A DNA stretch of 64,000 bases from Gammaproteobacteria bacterium (GCA_963662545.2 CAXXLL010000003.1:2080001-2144000), one strand, 5' to 3'. Numbered from the stretch's first letter, positions 1-10,431 are shown. The notes: a model not told the origin generated them from the letters alone. Translations and numbers: made by a program.

Positions 1-394
1 CGTCACCGCTTTGAACGGTGCGAAGACAGAAGAGGGTCTGGGGATCCAGGCGGAAGTTGTCGATGCTGGCGAGGGCCTGGTTAAGGTCGAACTGGAGGAG
101 CGCGAGGAATTCCCGATCATGATCGATGTCAGTGAGGATCAGATCACGGCGATCGCCAACTTGTGGGACCAACACGACGTCAAGGAAGGTATGGAGACAG
201 AGATGATGAACGTCATGCTGTCGATGAACATTGCGCTTCCGCTATCGGCCTTTGCCAAAACCGGCAGTACTTATCAACTGTTCGGAGCGATGTCGGCGAA
301 CACCGTTATGGCCAACGTCGTAGAAGAAATAACCGTACTGAGTGACAACACGATTGCCGTATTCGAGGCCCTTGGTGAGTACCTGAACCGGTAA
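1..394 (+). CDS. yjfI: YjfI-like (DUF2170) protein, probably 5'-truncated by the window edge
   Basis: LPLSAFAK...YQLFGAMSANT...EITVLSDNT signature; lies directly upstream of a PspA homolog as in the yjfIJ order; the frame is open from the window start. Confidence 0.75.
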   Translation, partial: VTALNGAKTEEGLGIQAEVVDAGEGLVKVELEEREEFPIMIDVSEDQITAIANLWDQHDVKEGMETEMMNVMLSMNIALPLSAFAKTGSTYQLFGAMSANTVMANVVEEITVLSDNTIAVFEALGEYLNR

Positions 395-429
395 TTTTCG
401 CGAACATTTTGTCTTAAGGAGAACACAAC

Positions 430-1125
430 ATGAGTTGGTTAAATGAACTGTTTGATTCCGTGCGCGGCCACGTGAATGCTACCGGCGAGGCCTTGGCGGA
501 TTCCCAGGCAATCCCGGCGCTGGAGCAGAAAATTCGCGACGCCAAGAAGGATCTGGCCAAGTCCAAGAGCGCCCTGACGGAGATCATGTCGCAAGAGAAA
601 ATGACCAAAAAACGGGTCCACGACCTCGAGGCAAGCCTGACTGAACATGAAGAATACGCGGTGCAGGCGAGCGACAAGGGCGACGATAATTTGATGAATG
701 AAATCGTCGATAAGATCGCAGAGATCGAAGATGATCTCGGAGCGCAGCGTGAAGTGCATACGCAACTGCAAGCAAATGTCGGGCGCATCAAAGCAACCGT
801 TCTCGAGACCGAACGCGGAGTCAAGGCGATGGATCGTGAGGTGAAGAATATAAAAGCGACTGAATATGCCCAGCGAGCCGCTGAGGCAACCGCGGCCCAG
901 CATTCGGGATCATCGGCCTCCATGGCGAGCGCGGCGGAACGCATGAAGCGTATAAAAGCCCGACAGGAGGAGCGGCGGCATCGCATGGATGCAGCCCGGG
1001 AACTCGCCGATGCCGAGAGCGGTGACGATCTCAAAGCCAAATTAGCGGCCGCCGGCATCGGCGCTAAAAAGCCATCTCGCGAAGCCATTCTGGAGCGTAT
1101 CAACGCCCGCAGGTCGGCTGGTTGA
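430..1125 (+). CDS. PspA/IM30 family protein (YjfJ-like)
   Basis: 231-aa all-helical coiled coil, LEQKIRDAK, C-terminal LKAKLAAAGI...ILERI; AAGGAG RBS. Confidence 0.9.
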   Translation: MSWLNELFDSVRGHVNATGEALADSQAIPALEQKIRDAKKDLAKSKSALTEIMSQEKMTKKRVHDLEASLTEHEEYAVQASDKGDDNLMNEIVDKIAEIEDDLGAQREVHTQLQANVGRIKATVLETERGVKAMDREVKNIKATEYAQRAAEATAAQHSGSSASMASAAERMKRIKARQEERRHRMDAARELADAESGDDLKAKLAAAGIGAKKPSREAILERINARRSAG

Positions 1126-1137
1126 CGGGGATCACAC

Positions 1138-1800
1138 GTGAGCTTTCTGAAGCGATTCGGTATCGGCAAGGACCGCGACAAAAGTCCCCGCATACTCGAG
1201 CACCCACGGCATCTCGAACCCGGGGATATCATCCGGTTCGGGTTTGCCGCCCAGACCGAGATCAGCAGCGAAAGCTTCACCGTCGATCGGGTCGAGACGC
1301 TCGATATCGGAGGCGACGCCACTAAGCTGACTTATTTCATGCTGTCGGGCGTGAAACATTCAGTCCGCCTGCACATAGTAGACGACGATACCGTGGAAAT
1401 AGCCCTCGAGGTTCTGCCCGAGGTTCTGTTCGCGGCTTTTAATGAAGATGATCTCGCCGAGGTGCTTGAGCCCGACAGCGGCGAACACCATCACATTACT
1501 GCACGTAAGCTGAGCAAGATTCCATCAGAGGTTCAACCGTGGGTTGGGACGAAGTACCGACAAGAAGCCTATGACAATGCCTATCTCCACAAAGGCGATT
1601 ACAGAAACCGGGCGTTGCCAACCACCGTGGGCGCAGAGGGGATCGGCTGTGACTACGTCATGCTGATCAGCGACGACCGCGAGCGAAGTTTGGAATTTCG
1701 GGTCTTCGACGGCGGCCGGACCGAGGCCCATTTGTGCGCATTATTACCGGTGAGAAAAATCGAGGAATTATGGCCTCGTAGCGGGAAGCCTGACGTGTGA
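1138..1800 (+). CDS. YjfK-like (DUF2491-like) protein
   Basis: Position after the PspA gene in a yjf-type operon; PRHLEPGDII motif; assignment mostly by synteny. Confidence 0.55.
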   Translation: MSFLKRFGIGKDRDKSPRILEHPRHLEPGDIIRFGFAAQTEISSESFTVDRVETLDIGGDATKLTYFMLSGVKHSVRLHIVDDDTVEIALEVLPEVLFAAFNEDDLAEVLEPDSGEHHHITARKLSKIPSEVQPWVGTKYRQEAYDNAYLHKGDYRNRALPTTVGAEGIGCDYVMLISDDRERSLEFRVFDGGRTEAHLCALLPVRKIEELWPRSGKPDV

Positions 1801-2903
1801 TTCACCTACTGCGTTCTTTGCTATACGAGCGCCGGTTCCGCAGCCTGGCGTTTACCGAAGATGAGCTAAAACGCGAGATGTTGCGGTCATCATTCTTCGT
1901 GATGGTGATCTTTATGCTGCATGTGATCGCAATGATGGTCTTTGAAGGCATGCCGGTAGGTGATGCCTTGTGGCTCACATTCACCACGGCGACAACGGTG
2001 GGTTACGGGGACATATCCGCCACGACTCTCCCGGGTCGTGGCGCTACCGTGGTGCTGCTCTACCTCGGCGGAATTTTCATCGTGGCAAAGGCTGCGGGTG
2101 ATTATTTCGACTATCGAGCGAAATCCAGATTACGTAAGAAATGCGGTAATTGGAGCTGGCATATGAACGGACATATCCTGATCATCAATACGCCACGTGA
2201 AGACGGTGAAAGATTCTTTCTCCGCGTCATTGAGCAGTTGCGGGCCAGTGAAGCGTACCGCGACAAAATGGTTCAAATCGTCACACGCCAGTTCGCGGAC
2301 GGCCTCCCCGACCGACTTGCGCAGCTGACGGGACTCGCCCATCACAATGGCGACGGCAGCGACCCGGATACGCTCAAGCGCGTGGATGCAAACGAGGCCG
2401 CTGTCATCGTCATTCTCGCCCGCAAGGAGACCGATGTCGGATCCGACAGCCGCACCTTCGACATTCTCCATCGCTTGCGGGACCTTGGCATTGAGGACGC
2501 TTTGGTCTTGGCGGAGTGTGTGGACGATCGCAATCGCGAACGGTTCAGGCAGGTCGGCGCAGACATCATCATTCGCCCGGTACGGGCCTATCCGGAAATG
2601 TTGGTGCGTGGACTGGTGGCGCCGGGATCCGAACAGATCATCGAAAACATGTTCACGTCGAGTTCTGCTGAATACGCGCGGTATGACCTTGCGATAAACG
2701 GCAAGACATGGTCCGAGGTGGTCTGTACACTAATGCGTGACGATCTCGGGACTGCCGTCGGCTACATCGATGCGGACACGGGCCAGCTCGAAACGAACCC
2801 GCGCGCACGAAACCAGATAAACGGGTCGGCTCTGTTTATCATTGCCAGCGAAGGCGCAATACCAAACGTCGAGCAGGTCCGGGACTCCTTAGCTGCCGCA
2901 TAA
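1797..2903 (+). CDS. Potassium channel (2TM pore + TrkA-N/RCK domain)
   Basis: TATTVGYGD selectivity filter, two TM helices, RCK-type motifs (GHILII, GDGSD, VLAECVD); GTGA overlap with the upstream gene. Confidence 0.92.
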   Translation: MIHLLRSLLYERRFRSLAFTEDELKREMLRSSFFVMVIFMLHVIAMMVFEGMPVGDALWLTFTTATTVGYGDISATTLPGRGATVVLLYLGGIFIVAKAAGDYFDYRAKSRLRKKCGNWSWHMNGHILIINTPREDGERFFLRVIEQLRASEAYRDKMVQIVTRQFADGLPDRLAQLTGLAHHNGDGSDPDTLKRVDANEAAVIVILARKETDVGSDSRTFDILHRLRDLGIEDALVLAECVDDRNRERFRQVGADIIIRPVRAYPEMLVRGLVAPGSEQIIENMFTSSSAEYARYDLAINGKTWSEVVCTLMRDDLGTAVGYIDADTGQLETNPRARNQINGSALFIIASEGAIPNVEQVRDSLAAA

Positions 2904-2956
2904 GTGCTGCGGAATCGCGACGAAGACCTGGTTATAAGAGAAATGGGGAGCGAGCG

Positions 2957-3901
2957 ATGACGAAGAAAAAGGCATTGGGCGGATGGTTTACTTGCGCGCT
3001 ACTCACCGCCTTGGTTTTCGTGAACGGCTGTTCCAATCAGTACGCAGAAGAAACCAGGCGGCAAAAACAGACGGTCACGGCCAAACTCAGCGCTCTCGGC
3101 TCGAAGATAAACTCAGGCGAGCTCGCCAATATCCTTCTTATCGCCAACTACGCCGATAAACTCGCGCAATCAAAGCCCGATCTGGAGCCCGTAGCTGGCG
3201 TGTTACGACAGGATGCGACGACGTCGGGTCCGCTCTACCAGGGTTTGAAAGAACGCCTCGCTGCCGTCAAAGACGAGCCGGCCAACAAAAATGAGTTTCT
3301 GCCGATCATCGGGGAACTCGACTCCTTGAACGCGGCGACCGATCCCACCATCTTCAATGACAGTTTGATCGACGTCGTGAACACGCTGGCCGATCTCTCA
3401 GGCGGTGAGCTGGCCCGAATCAACATCCCTCAAAATGCCCTGGCCGCAAATGTGCAAGGGAACCCTGTCGCGGGTAGCTACCTCGTTGGTAACCCGTCCT
3501 ACGGTCGCTGGAACAGCGATTCCGGCGGTCGGTCGTTTTGGGTGTTTTATGGTCAGTACCGATTGTTTTCGGATGTCTTGTTCGGCCGGGGATACCACCG
3601 CGGCCCGCTTTACTACAACAGCTGGTACGGCGGTGCTAACCGCTATTCGTATTACAACGATTATGGGCGGAGCACTTACGGGAGGGCCGGCGATCGCGGC
3701 TTTACCCGCGCCCGTCGTAGTGACATGCGATCGAAGGGGCTCACGGTACCCACCCCGGCCAAGCAATATGGATCGGCGGCCGGGAATAAGCGCGTGAGCA
3801 CCTATGCCGCTGCGCGTACCAATCGCGCCCAAGGGGCATCGAAGAGACAATCCAGCTTATTCGGCAGCAGTTCCCGCCGCGCGCGCGCGGGCGGCAAATA
3901 G
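2957..3901 (+). CDS. Putative lipoprotein with Gly/Tyr/Arg/Ser-rich C-terminal tail
   Basis: Basic N-terminus, hydrophobic stretch, VNGC lipobox-like site; LVGNPSYGRW...SFWVFYGQY motif; low-complexity tail. Confidence 0.7.
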   Translation: MTKKKALGGWFTCALLTALVFVNGCSNQYAEETRRQKQTVTAKLSALGSKINSGELANILLIANYADKLAQSKPDLEPVAGVLRQDATTSGPLYQGLKERLAAVKDEPANKNEFLPIIGELDSLNAATDPTIFNDSLIDVVNTLADLSGGELARINIPQNALAANVQGNPVAGSYLVGNPSYGRWNSDSGGRSFWVFYGQYRLFSDVLFGRGYHRGPLYYNSWYGGANRYSYYNDYGRSTYGRAGDRGFTRARRSDMRSKGLTVPTPAKQYGSAAGNKRVSTYAAARTNRAQGASKRQSSLFGSSSRRARAGGK

Positions 3902-3930
3902 AAAGATTTATTTATTAAAGGAGAGGGAAA

Positions 3931-4836
3931 GTGGAGCAGATCGCCTCATTGTTGATACTCCAAGACGCGTCGATCAACTACTACGCCATCGATTTCATCA
4001 TGATGCTCGGGTTCATGGCTGCGTTGCGTATTCTGGCGGGCTCGATTGCCGAAGTGTCTTTGACGGACGTGTTGGCAACACAAGACAATTTCGCCGTCGG
4101 CATTTCCCTCGCCGGCGCGATCGTGGCCGTCGCTGTGTTGATGATGGGTGTTGTATCAGGTGATGCCGGCGGAAGCTACGTAGACGAAATCTCCTTGATG
4201 GCCGGCTACGGCGTACTGGCAATGGTGTTGATGTGGCTGACGCGGAAAGTCTTCGATCACATCGCCTTGCCCGGCGTTTCCATTCACGAGGAGATCATGA
4301 AAGGAAATGTGGCCGCGGGCCTCGTCGATGCGGGAAACATGATCGCCACCGCGATTATCGTGAGAGCCGCGATGACGTGGGTGGACGGCGCTACTTTAAC
4401 GGGGCTCGCGATGGTTGTGGCCGCCTACATTGCGTCGCAGATCATTCTCGTTCTCGCCACGCTTTATCGCAAGAAAGTGTTCGAAGCACGACATCAAGGA
4501 AAACGGACCTTGGGCGGTGAACTTGCCGATGGCAATACCGCGCTCGCCGTCCGGTTCGCCGGATACCGCCTGGGTGTTGGCCTCGCCGTAACGGCGACGT
4601 CGGGCGTCGTGACCTATGATCCGGCGTTGCTCCCGTTGTCGATGGCCGTATGGTGCATAGTTGCGGTGGTCATGTTTGTCGCCCAGTCGACCTTATCCAT
4701 TGCACTGCGTCTCGTTCTCCTTCCCGGCATCGACATCGGCAAGGAAGTTGGCGAGCAACGCAACGTCGCGATCGGCGCGATCGAAGCAGCGATCTATATC
4801 GGCGTCGGATTCGCGTTCGTCGGCTTGTTGGGATGA
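3931..4836 (+). CDS. DUF350 (YjfL-like) multi-repeat membrane protein
   Basis: Repeated DNFAVGIS / GNVAAGL / GNTALA / RNVAIGA motifs between TM helices. Confidence 0.85.
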   Translation: MEQIASLLILQDASINYYAIDFIMMLGFMAALRILAGSIAEVSLTDVLATQDNFAVGISLAGAIVAVAVLMMGVVSGDAGGSYVDEISLMAGYGVLAMVLMWLTRKVFDHIALPGVSIHEEIMKGNVAAGLVDAGNMIATAIIVRAAMTWVDGATLTGLAMVVAAYIASQIILVLATLYRKKVFEARHQGKRTLGGELADGNTALAVRFAGYRLGVGLAVTATSGVVTYDPALLPLSMAVWCIVAVVMFVAQSTLSIALRLVLLPGIDIGKEVGEQRNVAIGAIEAAIYIGVGFAFVGLLG

Positions 4837-4997
4837 GGCGGCTGTTCCCCTAAATAATCGTCTGTATTGATTCTATAGCTTTCCCGGACGAGCAAGGCTA
4901 GTCTTCGGGTGATGCTCAATCGGGTGGTGATCATCGCGGGAGCGCTGAGATCGGCGCTGCGTTTTCAATGGGAACTAGCCTTGAAGACGTCGTTGCG

Positions 4998-5150
4998 ATT
5001 AGCATTTTGATTCGCCAGGTGTGTATGGCCAATCCAATGTGGGGCGCGCCTCGGATACATTGAGAGCTATTGAAGCTCGGATTTAGCGTGTCCGAGGCTA
5101 CGGTTTCCAAATACATGATCAAGCATTCCAGGCCGCCTTCTCGGAGTGGA
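4998..5150 (+). pseudogene. Relic of an integrase-core (IS3/IS481-like) transposase
   Basis: Reads LIRQVCMANPMWGAPRIH*ELLKLGFSVSEATVSKYM; matches the WGAPRIHGELLKLG motif with G replaced by a stop. Confidence 0.8.
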
Positions 5151-5454
5151 ATCGATTTTACGCCGTATACCTGCAACGCGAGCGCGGGATCATAACGGAT
5201 GGAGAATTCGGATTAACGCAAGGGACGATCGCCTTTATCATTACCCAATGGAACGAGCGCGGAGATTCCGACTTTGATGACCCATTGTGGGGACCCTCTC
5301 TATTTGGTAAAGAGTTTTATCAATGGGCGAGTGAAAGGCGTCGGCAGATTAAGAGCGCCCGCGGGTTAAACGGCGTTTAACAATGAGGTCACGAAGGGCA
5401 CCTATTGCGCGACCGTTCATTCTTAAATCGCACTCCAACCGCTAGCGACATCAA

Positions 5455-5958
5455 ATGACACTGGACACACTTGTAAAATTGGCCGAATTTATAGGCGGCG
5501 CCGCGGTCGTTATCTCTCTCATTTACCTTGCGCTGCAGGCGAGGCAATCGGCGCAGATGGAGAAGTCTGAGAACTACGGGCGCGTTTTCGACATGGCCTC
5601 TGCCATTATTTCAAGGGTTATCGAAAACGCGGAAGTTGCCAATCTTATGATCGTGGGGTCGACGAATATTGACGAGATGGAGACCGTCGATCGCGTTCGC
5701 TTTGGATTGCTGATGTACGACATATTCGGTGCCTACGAATTCGTGTTCGAACAATCCCAGGCCAAGGCATTGCCGAAACATGTGTGGGCGCATTATCTGC
5801 AACATCTCGAATTCTGGTCATCGCTCCCGGGTGTAAAAAAGTGGTGGGCGTCGAAGAAAGCAATATTCAGCGCACATTTCATGGATATCGCTTCGGCGTA
5901 TATAGAGAAACCGGGCTTGAGCCCCGAAGAGACGCGTGAAATGTGGCGTACGTGGTGA
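5455..5958 (+). CDS. Hypothetical protein with N-terminal membrane anchor (AEFIGGAAVVISLIYLALQ family)
   Basis: N-terminal TM helix; WSSLPGVKKWW; paralogous to 6826..7326. Confidence 0.75.
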   Translation: MTLDTLVKLAEFIGGAAVVISLIYLALQARQSAQMEKSENYGRVFDMASAIISRVIENAEVANLMIVGSTNIDEMETVDRVRFGLLMYDIFGAYEFVFEQSQAKALPKHVWAHYLQHLEFWSSLPGVKKWWASKKAIFSAHFMDIASAYIEKPGLSPEETREMWRTW

Positions 5959-5990
5959 ACGCCACACGGCGAAGAGGAGGTTTTAATGCA

Positions 5991-6803
5991 ATGCTTGATC
6001 AATCATCCGAGGCATATCTAAACGCCCGTATCCTAATCACCCTGGCGCTCTGGTTCATCGCCTCGCCGTTGTTCGCCTTCGACCTCGCTGACTACCAGCT
6101 CGTGGATCTCAGTTACCCACTGAACAGTGAAGCGATCTACTGGCCGACCCAAGCGTCCGGATTCGAAAAGCACGAAATGGCTTACGGTGAAACCGAAGCC
6201 GGCTTCTTCTATTCGTCCTATTCGATCTGCACGCCCGAGCATGTTGGCACCCACCTGGATGCGCCCTTACATTTCGCTGCTGAGGGTCAGACGACCGATC
6301 AGATACCCTTGCACCGCTTGATTGCGCCGGGCGTCGTTATTGACGTGACCGAACAGGCAGCGGCAGATCGGAACTATATTCTCGATACTTCAGATGTGCT
6401 TGCATTCGAAGCCGAGCACGGCCCTATCGAGCCGGGAAGCGTCGTTCTTCTTCGTACCGGATGGGGCCGATATTGGCCTGACAAACAGGCGTATCTGGGT
6501 GACGACACGCCCGGCGATGCGAGCAAGCTCGAGTTTCCGAGTTACGGTCCCGAGGCGGCGCGGTTTCTCGTTGACGAGCGACAGGTCGCCGTACTCGGCG
6601 TGGATACTGCCTCCATCGACTACGGAAAATCCACGGCCTTCGAAGTGCATCGCATCACTGGCGCCGCCAACGTCAGCGGTCTCGAAAACTTGATGGCGCT
6701 GGATCAGTTGCCACCCAGGGGTTTCGTCGTCGTCGCGCTGCCGATGAAGATCGAAGGCGGTTCCGGCGGCCCGGCCAGGGTCGTGGCGCTGGTCCCTAAG
6801 TAG
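5991..6803 (+). CDS. Cyclase/kynurenine formamidase (KynB-like) metal hydrolase, likely exported
   Basis: HVGTHLDAPLH (HxGTHxDxPxH), GVDTASID, ENL, PMKIEGGSGGPAR; signal-like N-terminus; GAGGAGG RBS. Confidence 0.9.
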   Translation: MLDQSSEAYLNARILITLALWFIASPLFAFDLADYQLVDLSYPLNSEAIYWPTQASGFEKHEMAYGETEAGFFYSSYSICTPEHVGTHLDAPLHFAAEGQTTDQIPLHRLIAPGVVIDVTEQAAADRNYILDTSDVLAFEAEHGPIEPGSVVLLRTGWGRYWPDKQAYLGDDTPGDASKLEFPSYGPEAARFLVDERQVAVLGVDTASIDYGKSTAFEVHRITGAANVSGLENLMALDQLPPRGFVVVALPMKIEGGSGGPARVVALVPK

Positions 6804-6825
6804 GCCCCCGCGGCGAGAGCGGACA

Positions 6826-7326
6826 ATGAATTGGCAAGCCCTCGGAACGGTCGCCGAAATCATCGGTGCTGCAGCGATCCTGATTACGCTGGTGTACCTG
6901 GCAGTACAGATCCGGCAGGCGAAAATCGTAACGCTCGGCCAGATCGTTCAATCACGGGCGAGTGAGTTCAATGTTGTGGCTGGGTCGTTAGCCGGGAACG
7001 GAGAACTCGCCGACATCATGACCCCGATGTCGAATAATGACGCGATCACGGATGCGAATGAACTGAGGATACGGGCTTTCATTATGATGTTGTGGAATCA
7101 GGTTTACTCCGCTTACGTTCATCGCCAGAGGGAGATCATCACCGAAGACGAATTCGCGTTGACCCAACAGACAATCGTTTTCATTCTTACTGGGTACAAC
7201 GGCTACGGCGATTCTTGCTTCGATGATCCCTCGGCGGAACCGTCATTATTTGGTGATGAGTTTTATCGTTCGGCGAGCAAACAGCGTGGGCAGATATTGG
7301 ACGCTGGGGAGAATGCCAATGAATGA
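6826..7326 (+). CDS. Hypothetical protein (MNWQALGTVAEIIGAAAILITLVYLAVQIRQ family)
   Basis: Same N-terminal TM signature as 5455..5958. Confidence 0.75.
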   Translation: MNWQALGTVAEIIGAAAILITLVYLAVQIRQAKIVTLGQIVQSRASEFNVVAGSLAGNGELADIMTPMSNNDAITDANELRIRAFIMMLWNQVYSAYVHRQREIITEDEFALTQQTIVFILTGYNGYGDSCFDDPSAEPSLFGDEFYRSASKQRGQILDAGENANE

Positions 7327-7855
7327 CGAGATTATGGAAAATCCGGTAACGGGCGAAACGATGAAGGTACTCGAATCCACACAGGAGACCTTCAAGATTG
7401 AATACGCTCTACGCCCACACGGCGAAATTCCGCTCGAGCACTTTCATCCTGATGTCGAACAGGAGATCGCGGTCAGCTCGGGTGAGATGCACATCACGGT
7501 CAACGGCGAGCACGTCGTGATCAAGGCCGGAGAGTCGGCCACCGCGCCGAAGGGCGCCCTTCATTTTCAGTGGAACCCGTGCGACGAGGAAGCCGTCGCA
7601 ATCGAGACCTACCGGCCAGCGGGACGCAACCATGATTTTTTCAGAACGCTGTTTGGCCTCGCGCGCGATGGGCACACCGACGCGTACGGTATGCCGTCAA
7701 TGTTCATGCGCGCCGCCATCTTCACTGAATTCCGGGACACTATCAGACCTGCGGCAGTAAACACCCGGTTGGTGATTGCGTTGCTGGCGCCGATCAGTTG
7801 GTTACTCGGGCATCGACGTCGGGTAAAGCGATACGCTCGCGCGCGGGCCGACTGA
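7313..7855 (+). CDS. Cupin domain protein
   Basis: NPVTGE, HFHP...E and PKGALH cupin metal motifs. Confidence 0.85.
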   Translation: MPMNDEIMENPVTGETMKVLESTQETFKIEYALRPHGEIPLEHFHPDVEQEIAVSSGEMHITVNGEHVVIKAGESATAPKGALHFQWNPCDEEAVAIETYRPAGRNHDFFRTLFGLARDGHTDAYGMPSMFMRAAIFTEFRDTIRPAAVNTRLVIALLAPISWLLGHRRRVKRYARARAD

Positions 7856-7891
7856 CCATTCTCACGGGTGGCCCGTAGCCGGGGAAGCGTC

Positions 7892-8161
7892 GTGAATTTA
7901 TTCTGCGATCTCAGCGCGCCGAAATGGATGTACCTGAAGACCGTACTATTTTTTCTCATCCTGCTATCTTGCAGTGGACTACTCCTCATCGAAGCTCCCA
8001 CATGGCGCACGGTGATTTTTTTGGTCCTGCTGATCTGGTCCGCGGCGCGACTTTATTACTTCATGTTTTACGTAATCGAAAAATATATTGATCCCGATTT
8101 TAGATACTCGGGAATTGGTTCGGCTTTGTCGCATTTGTGGGGACGCATGCGCGGCGGTTAG
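7892..8161 (+). CDS. Small membrane protein
   Basis: Two hydrophobic helices, RLYYFMFYVIEKYIDP; start uncertain. Confidence 0.6.
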   Translation: MNLFCDLSAPKWMYLKTVLFFLILLSCSGLLLIEAPTWRTVIFLVLLIWSAARLYYFMFYVIEKYIDPDFRYSGIGSALSHLWGRMRGG

Positions 8162-8191
8162 GGTTTATCGAGATGGGAATAAAAATGCGTA

Positions 8192-10345
8192 TCAAGGGCG
8201 TTCGAAACACCCCCCATGCGCCGCATCCAGACATTTGCCATCGGCGCTTAACTTGGCGTTCCAACTATTACTGAAACCGGCCGCCGTCAGGGTGATCCGA
8301 AACGTGCGGGATTGCGGGTTCGAGCATTCCCAACGGCCGCTACCGCTGACTGTCGAGTGATAGTCGATGGCGCCGCCTTCCTTCATGTTTAAAGTATCGG
8401 TACCGAACAAGCGTTTATAGACCCAGCGTCCCAGAACTTCGTAGCACACCTTATGCAGTAGACGTTCGGCATCCCTAAGTCCGCCGGAGGCCGTTTGATC
8501 GGCCGGATAGAGGCTGAGCGCCGCCTGGAAATCGCGCACAGCGGTTTCCTTGTCGCGCTCGGATACCGCTGCCACCGCACTCGCGAGGTGTTTCTCGAAA
8601 CGCGCGCGTTTCTCCTGTTCGGCACGCGCCGCCGCTTCGGTTTGCAATCGCAGGCGTTCGAGTTCGGCTAGGCGCGTTTCCTCGCGCTGGCGTTGCTCTT
8701 CAGCCAGCCGACGCTCCTCTTCCGCCCTGCGCGAGCGCTCGGCTTCGAGCGTCTGGCGTTCGCCTTCTTTGCGCTCGATCTCCAACTGCGCCTGGCGCTG
8801 CTTTTCGGCTTCAGCACGCGCCGTTGCCTCCTCCGCGGCAATTCGCTCCGCCTCCGCTTCGGCATCTTTGAGACGTACACGTAGCAATCGAAGTTCGGTC
8901 GAATCGGGATCGACCACGGCCGCGCGCAGGAGGGCGCCGTCCGCCTCATCGAAACGTTTATCGACGGTCAATGCCTTCGCCTGATCGAGGAAATGAACGA
9001 GCAGGCGGTGCTTTCCCCTAAGCGCTTCCTCGTGATCCGGTACGCGAGCCAACAACTCGGTAAAACGCTCGAGCGCATTCTCGCCGGGTGGTTCGAGCAA
9101 CTGCCTGGCTTGCTCGAATGCCTCGGCCTGCGCGAGCAATGCTTGCTCCTCGGCAGCTTGCTGGGCGAGGATTTCCCCCCGGGCTCGTTGCAGTTCAGAT
9201 GTGCGTTTCGCCAGTGCGTCGTCCGCTTCGAACGGTGAGGTCCAGGGGATTGTCGAGCTCATCCGTTCGAAAACGCCGTGCCAATCGGGTATGGAATCCG
9301 TGACACCAATCGTTATCGTGATGGCGGCGAGGAGAACCGCGGCACATAAGGCAAGCAATGTCCGCCGCGACACCTTCCCCGAGGACCCTTTCCGCATTGT
9401 CGTTTGCACGGAACCGATGAGGTCTTGGGGCACTTCGAATTCCGACAACCAATCCGCCAAGGTCTGCGGCCGGTCTTGCGGTTTGAACGCGAGTGCGCGG
9501 TCGATCGCTTTCAGGAATCGCTTGGAATATCGTTTCCTGCCGATCTCCGTTGCACTAACGAAATGTTCCTTGGACCTCTCGACGATCGATTTGCTGCGAT
9601 CGATCGCGTCGATCGGGGTGGCGCCACTGATCGCGCGGTAAAGCGTGGCGCCCAGCCCGTAGATGTCGGTCCACGGGCCTTGCTCGTCGCTCTTCGAATA
9701 ATATTGCTCGAACGGCGCGTAGCCCGGCGTGACCAGACTCGTCAGGGTCGCGCCGTGCCTGCCCAGCGACTGCCGCGCCGAGCCGAAATCCAATAGAACA
9801 GGGCTATGGTCCCGCCGAATGAAGATGTTCGCCGGTTTGATATCGCGGTGGATGAAGCCGGCTTCATGGACGAGCGCCAGCCCGCCGAGTATGGGGATCA
9901 GGATTTGGAATAATTCTGCTTCTTCGAGGGTCTTGCGCCGGGTCAAGACGGCCTGCAGGCTCTCGCCCTCCTCGTAGCGCATCACCATGTAGGCCGTATT
10001 GTTGGCCTCGAATACCGCAAAAACGTGCACGACGTTCGGATGATTGAACTGCGCCAGCGTCTGCGCCTCGACGATGAATTTTTCGAGTCCCTGCACGAAT
10101 CCCGAGCTCCTGTCTTCGGATATCGGATGCACGGAGTCGTCGCCCTCGCGGACCGCGAGTTCGATGGGGAGATATTCCTTGATCGCCACCTGCTGCTGCA
10201 GGTTCGTATCCAGCGCGAGATATGTGATTCCGAAGCCGCCCTGGCCCAGAATCTCAATGATCTCGTACCAATGTACCCGGTGCCCCGGCTTGAGTGAATT
10301 GCGGTGAACTTTCGCCACTGCGGCAGGATTCCGGATTGTTGACAA
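8192..10345 (-). CDS. Hanks-type Ser/Thr protein kinase with TM helix and TPR-like/coiled-coil C-terminal region
   Basis: LGQGGFGITY, VAIKE, HRDIKPAN, DFG, TPGYAPFEQ; TM near residue 335; E/R/A-rich coil. Confidence 0.95.
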   Translation of the reverse strand: MSTIRNPAAVAKVHRNSLKPGHRVHWYEIIEILGQGGFGITYLALDTNLQQQVAIKEYLPIELAVREGDDSVHPISEDRSSGFVQGLEKFIVEAQTLAQFNHPNVVHVFAVFEANNTAYMVMRYEEGESLQAVLTRRKTLEEAELFQILIPILGGLALVHEAGFIHRDIKPANIFIRRDHSPVLLDFGSARQSLGRHGATLTSLVTPGYAPFEQYYSKSDEQGPWTDIYGLGATLYRAISGATPIDAIDRSKSIVERSKEHFVSATEIGRKRYSKRFLKAIDRALAFKPQDRPQTLADWLSEFEVPQDLIGSVQTTMRKGSSGKVSRRTLLALCAAVLLAAITITIGVTDSIPDWHGVFERMSSTIPWTSPFEADDALAKRTSELQRARGEILAQQAAEEQALLAQAEAFEQARQLLEPPGENALERFTELLARVPDHEEALRGKHRLLVHFLDQAKALTVDKRFDEADGALLRAAVVDPDSTELRLLRVRLKDAEAEAERIAAEEATARAEAEKQRQAQLEIERKEGERQTLEAERSRRAEEERRLAEEQRQREETRLAELERLRLQTEAAARAEQEKRARFEKHLASAVAAVSERDKETAVRDFQAALSLYPADQTASGGLRDAERLLHKVCYEVLGRWVYKRLFGTDTLNMKEGGAIDYHSTVSGSGRWECSNPQSRTFRITLTAAGFSNSWNAKLSADGKCLDAAHGGCFERP

Positions 10346-10431
10346 GCCCGGGTGATAAATTCGCCGAAGAGTCTACTCCTGACATTCCGGCGATGGAAAG
10401 CACTACCGGATGCGAGTGGCATAATTAGCAG

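Noticed and set aside
414-1322. Long antisense ORFs (also 25716..26921, 43226..44137, 47636..48538, 59513..60955)
   Set aside because: Shadows of well-supported genes on the opposite strand in GC-rich DNA
8560-8870. Repetitive E/R/A-rich sequence as a DNA repeat array
   Set aside because: Low-complexity coiled-coil coding region of the kinase
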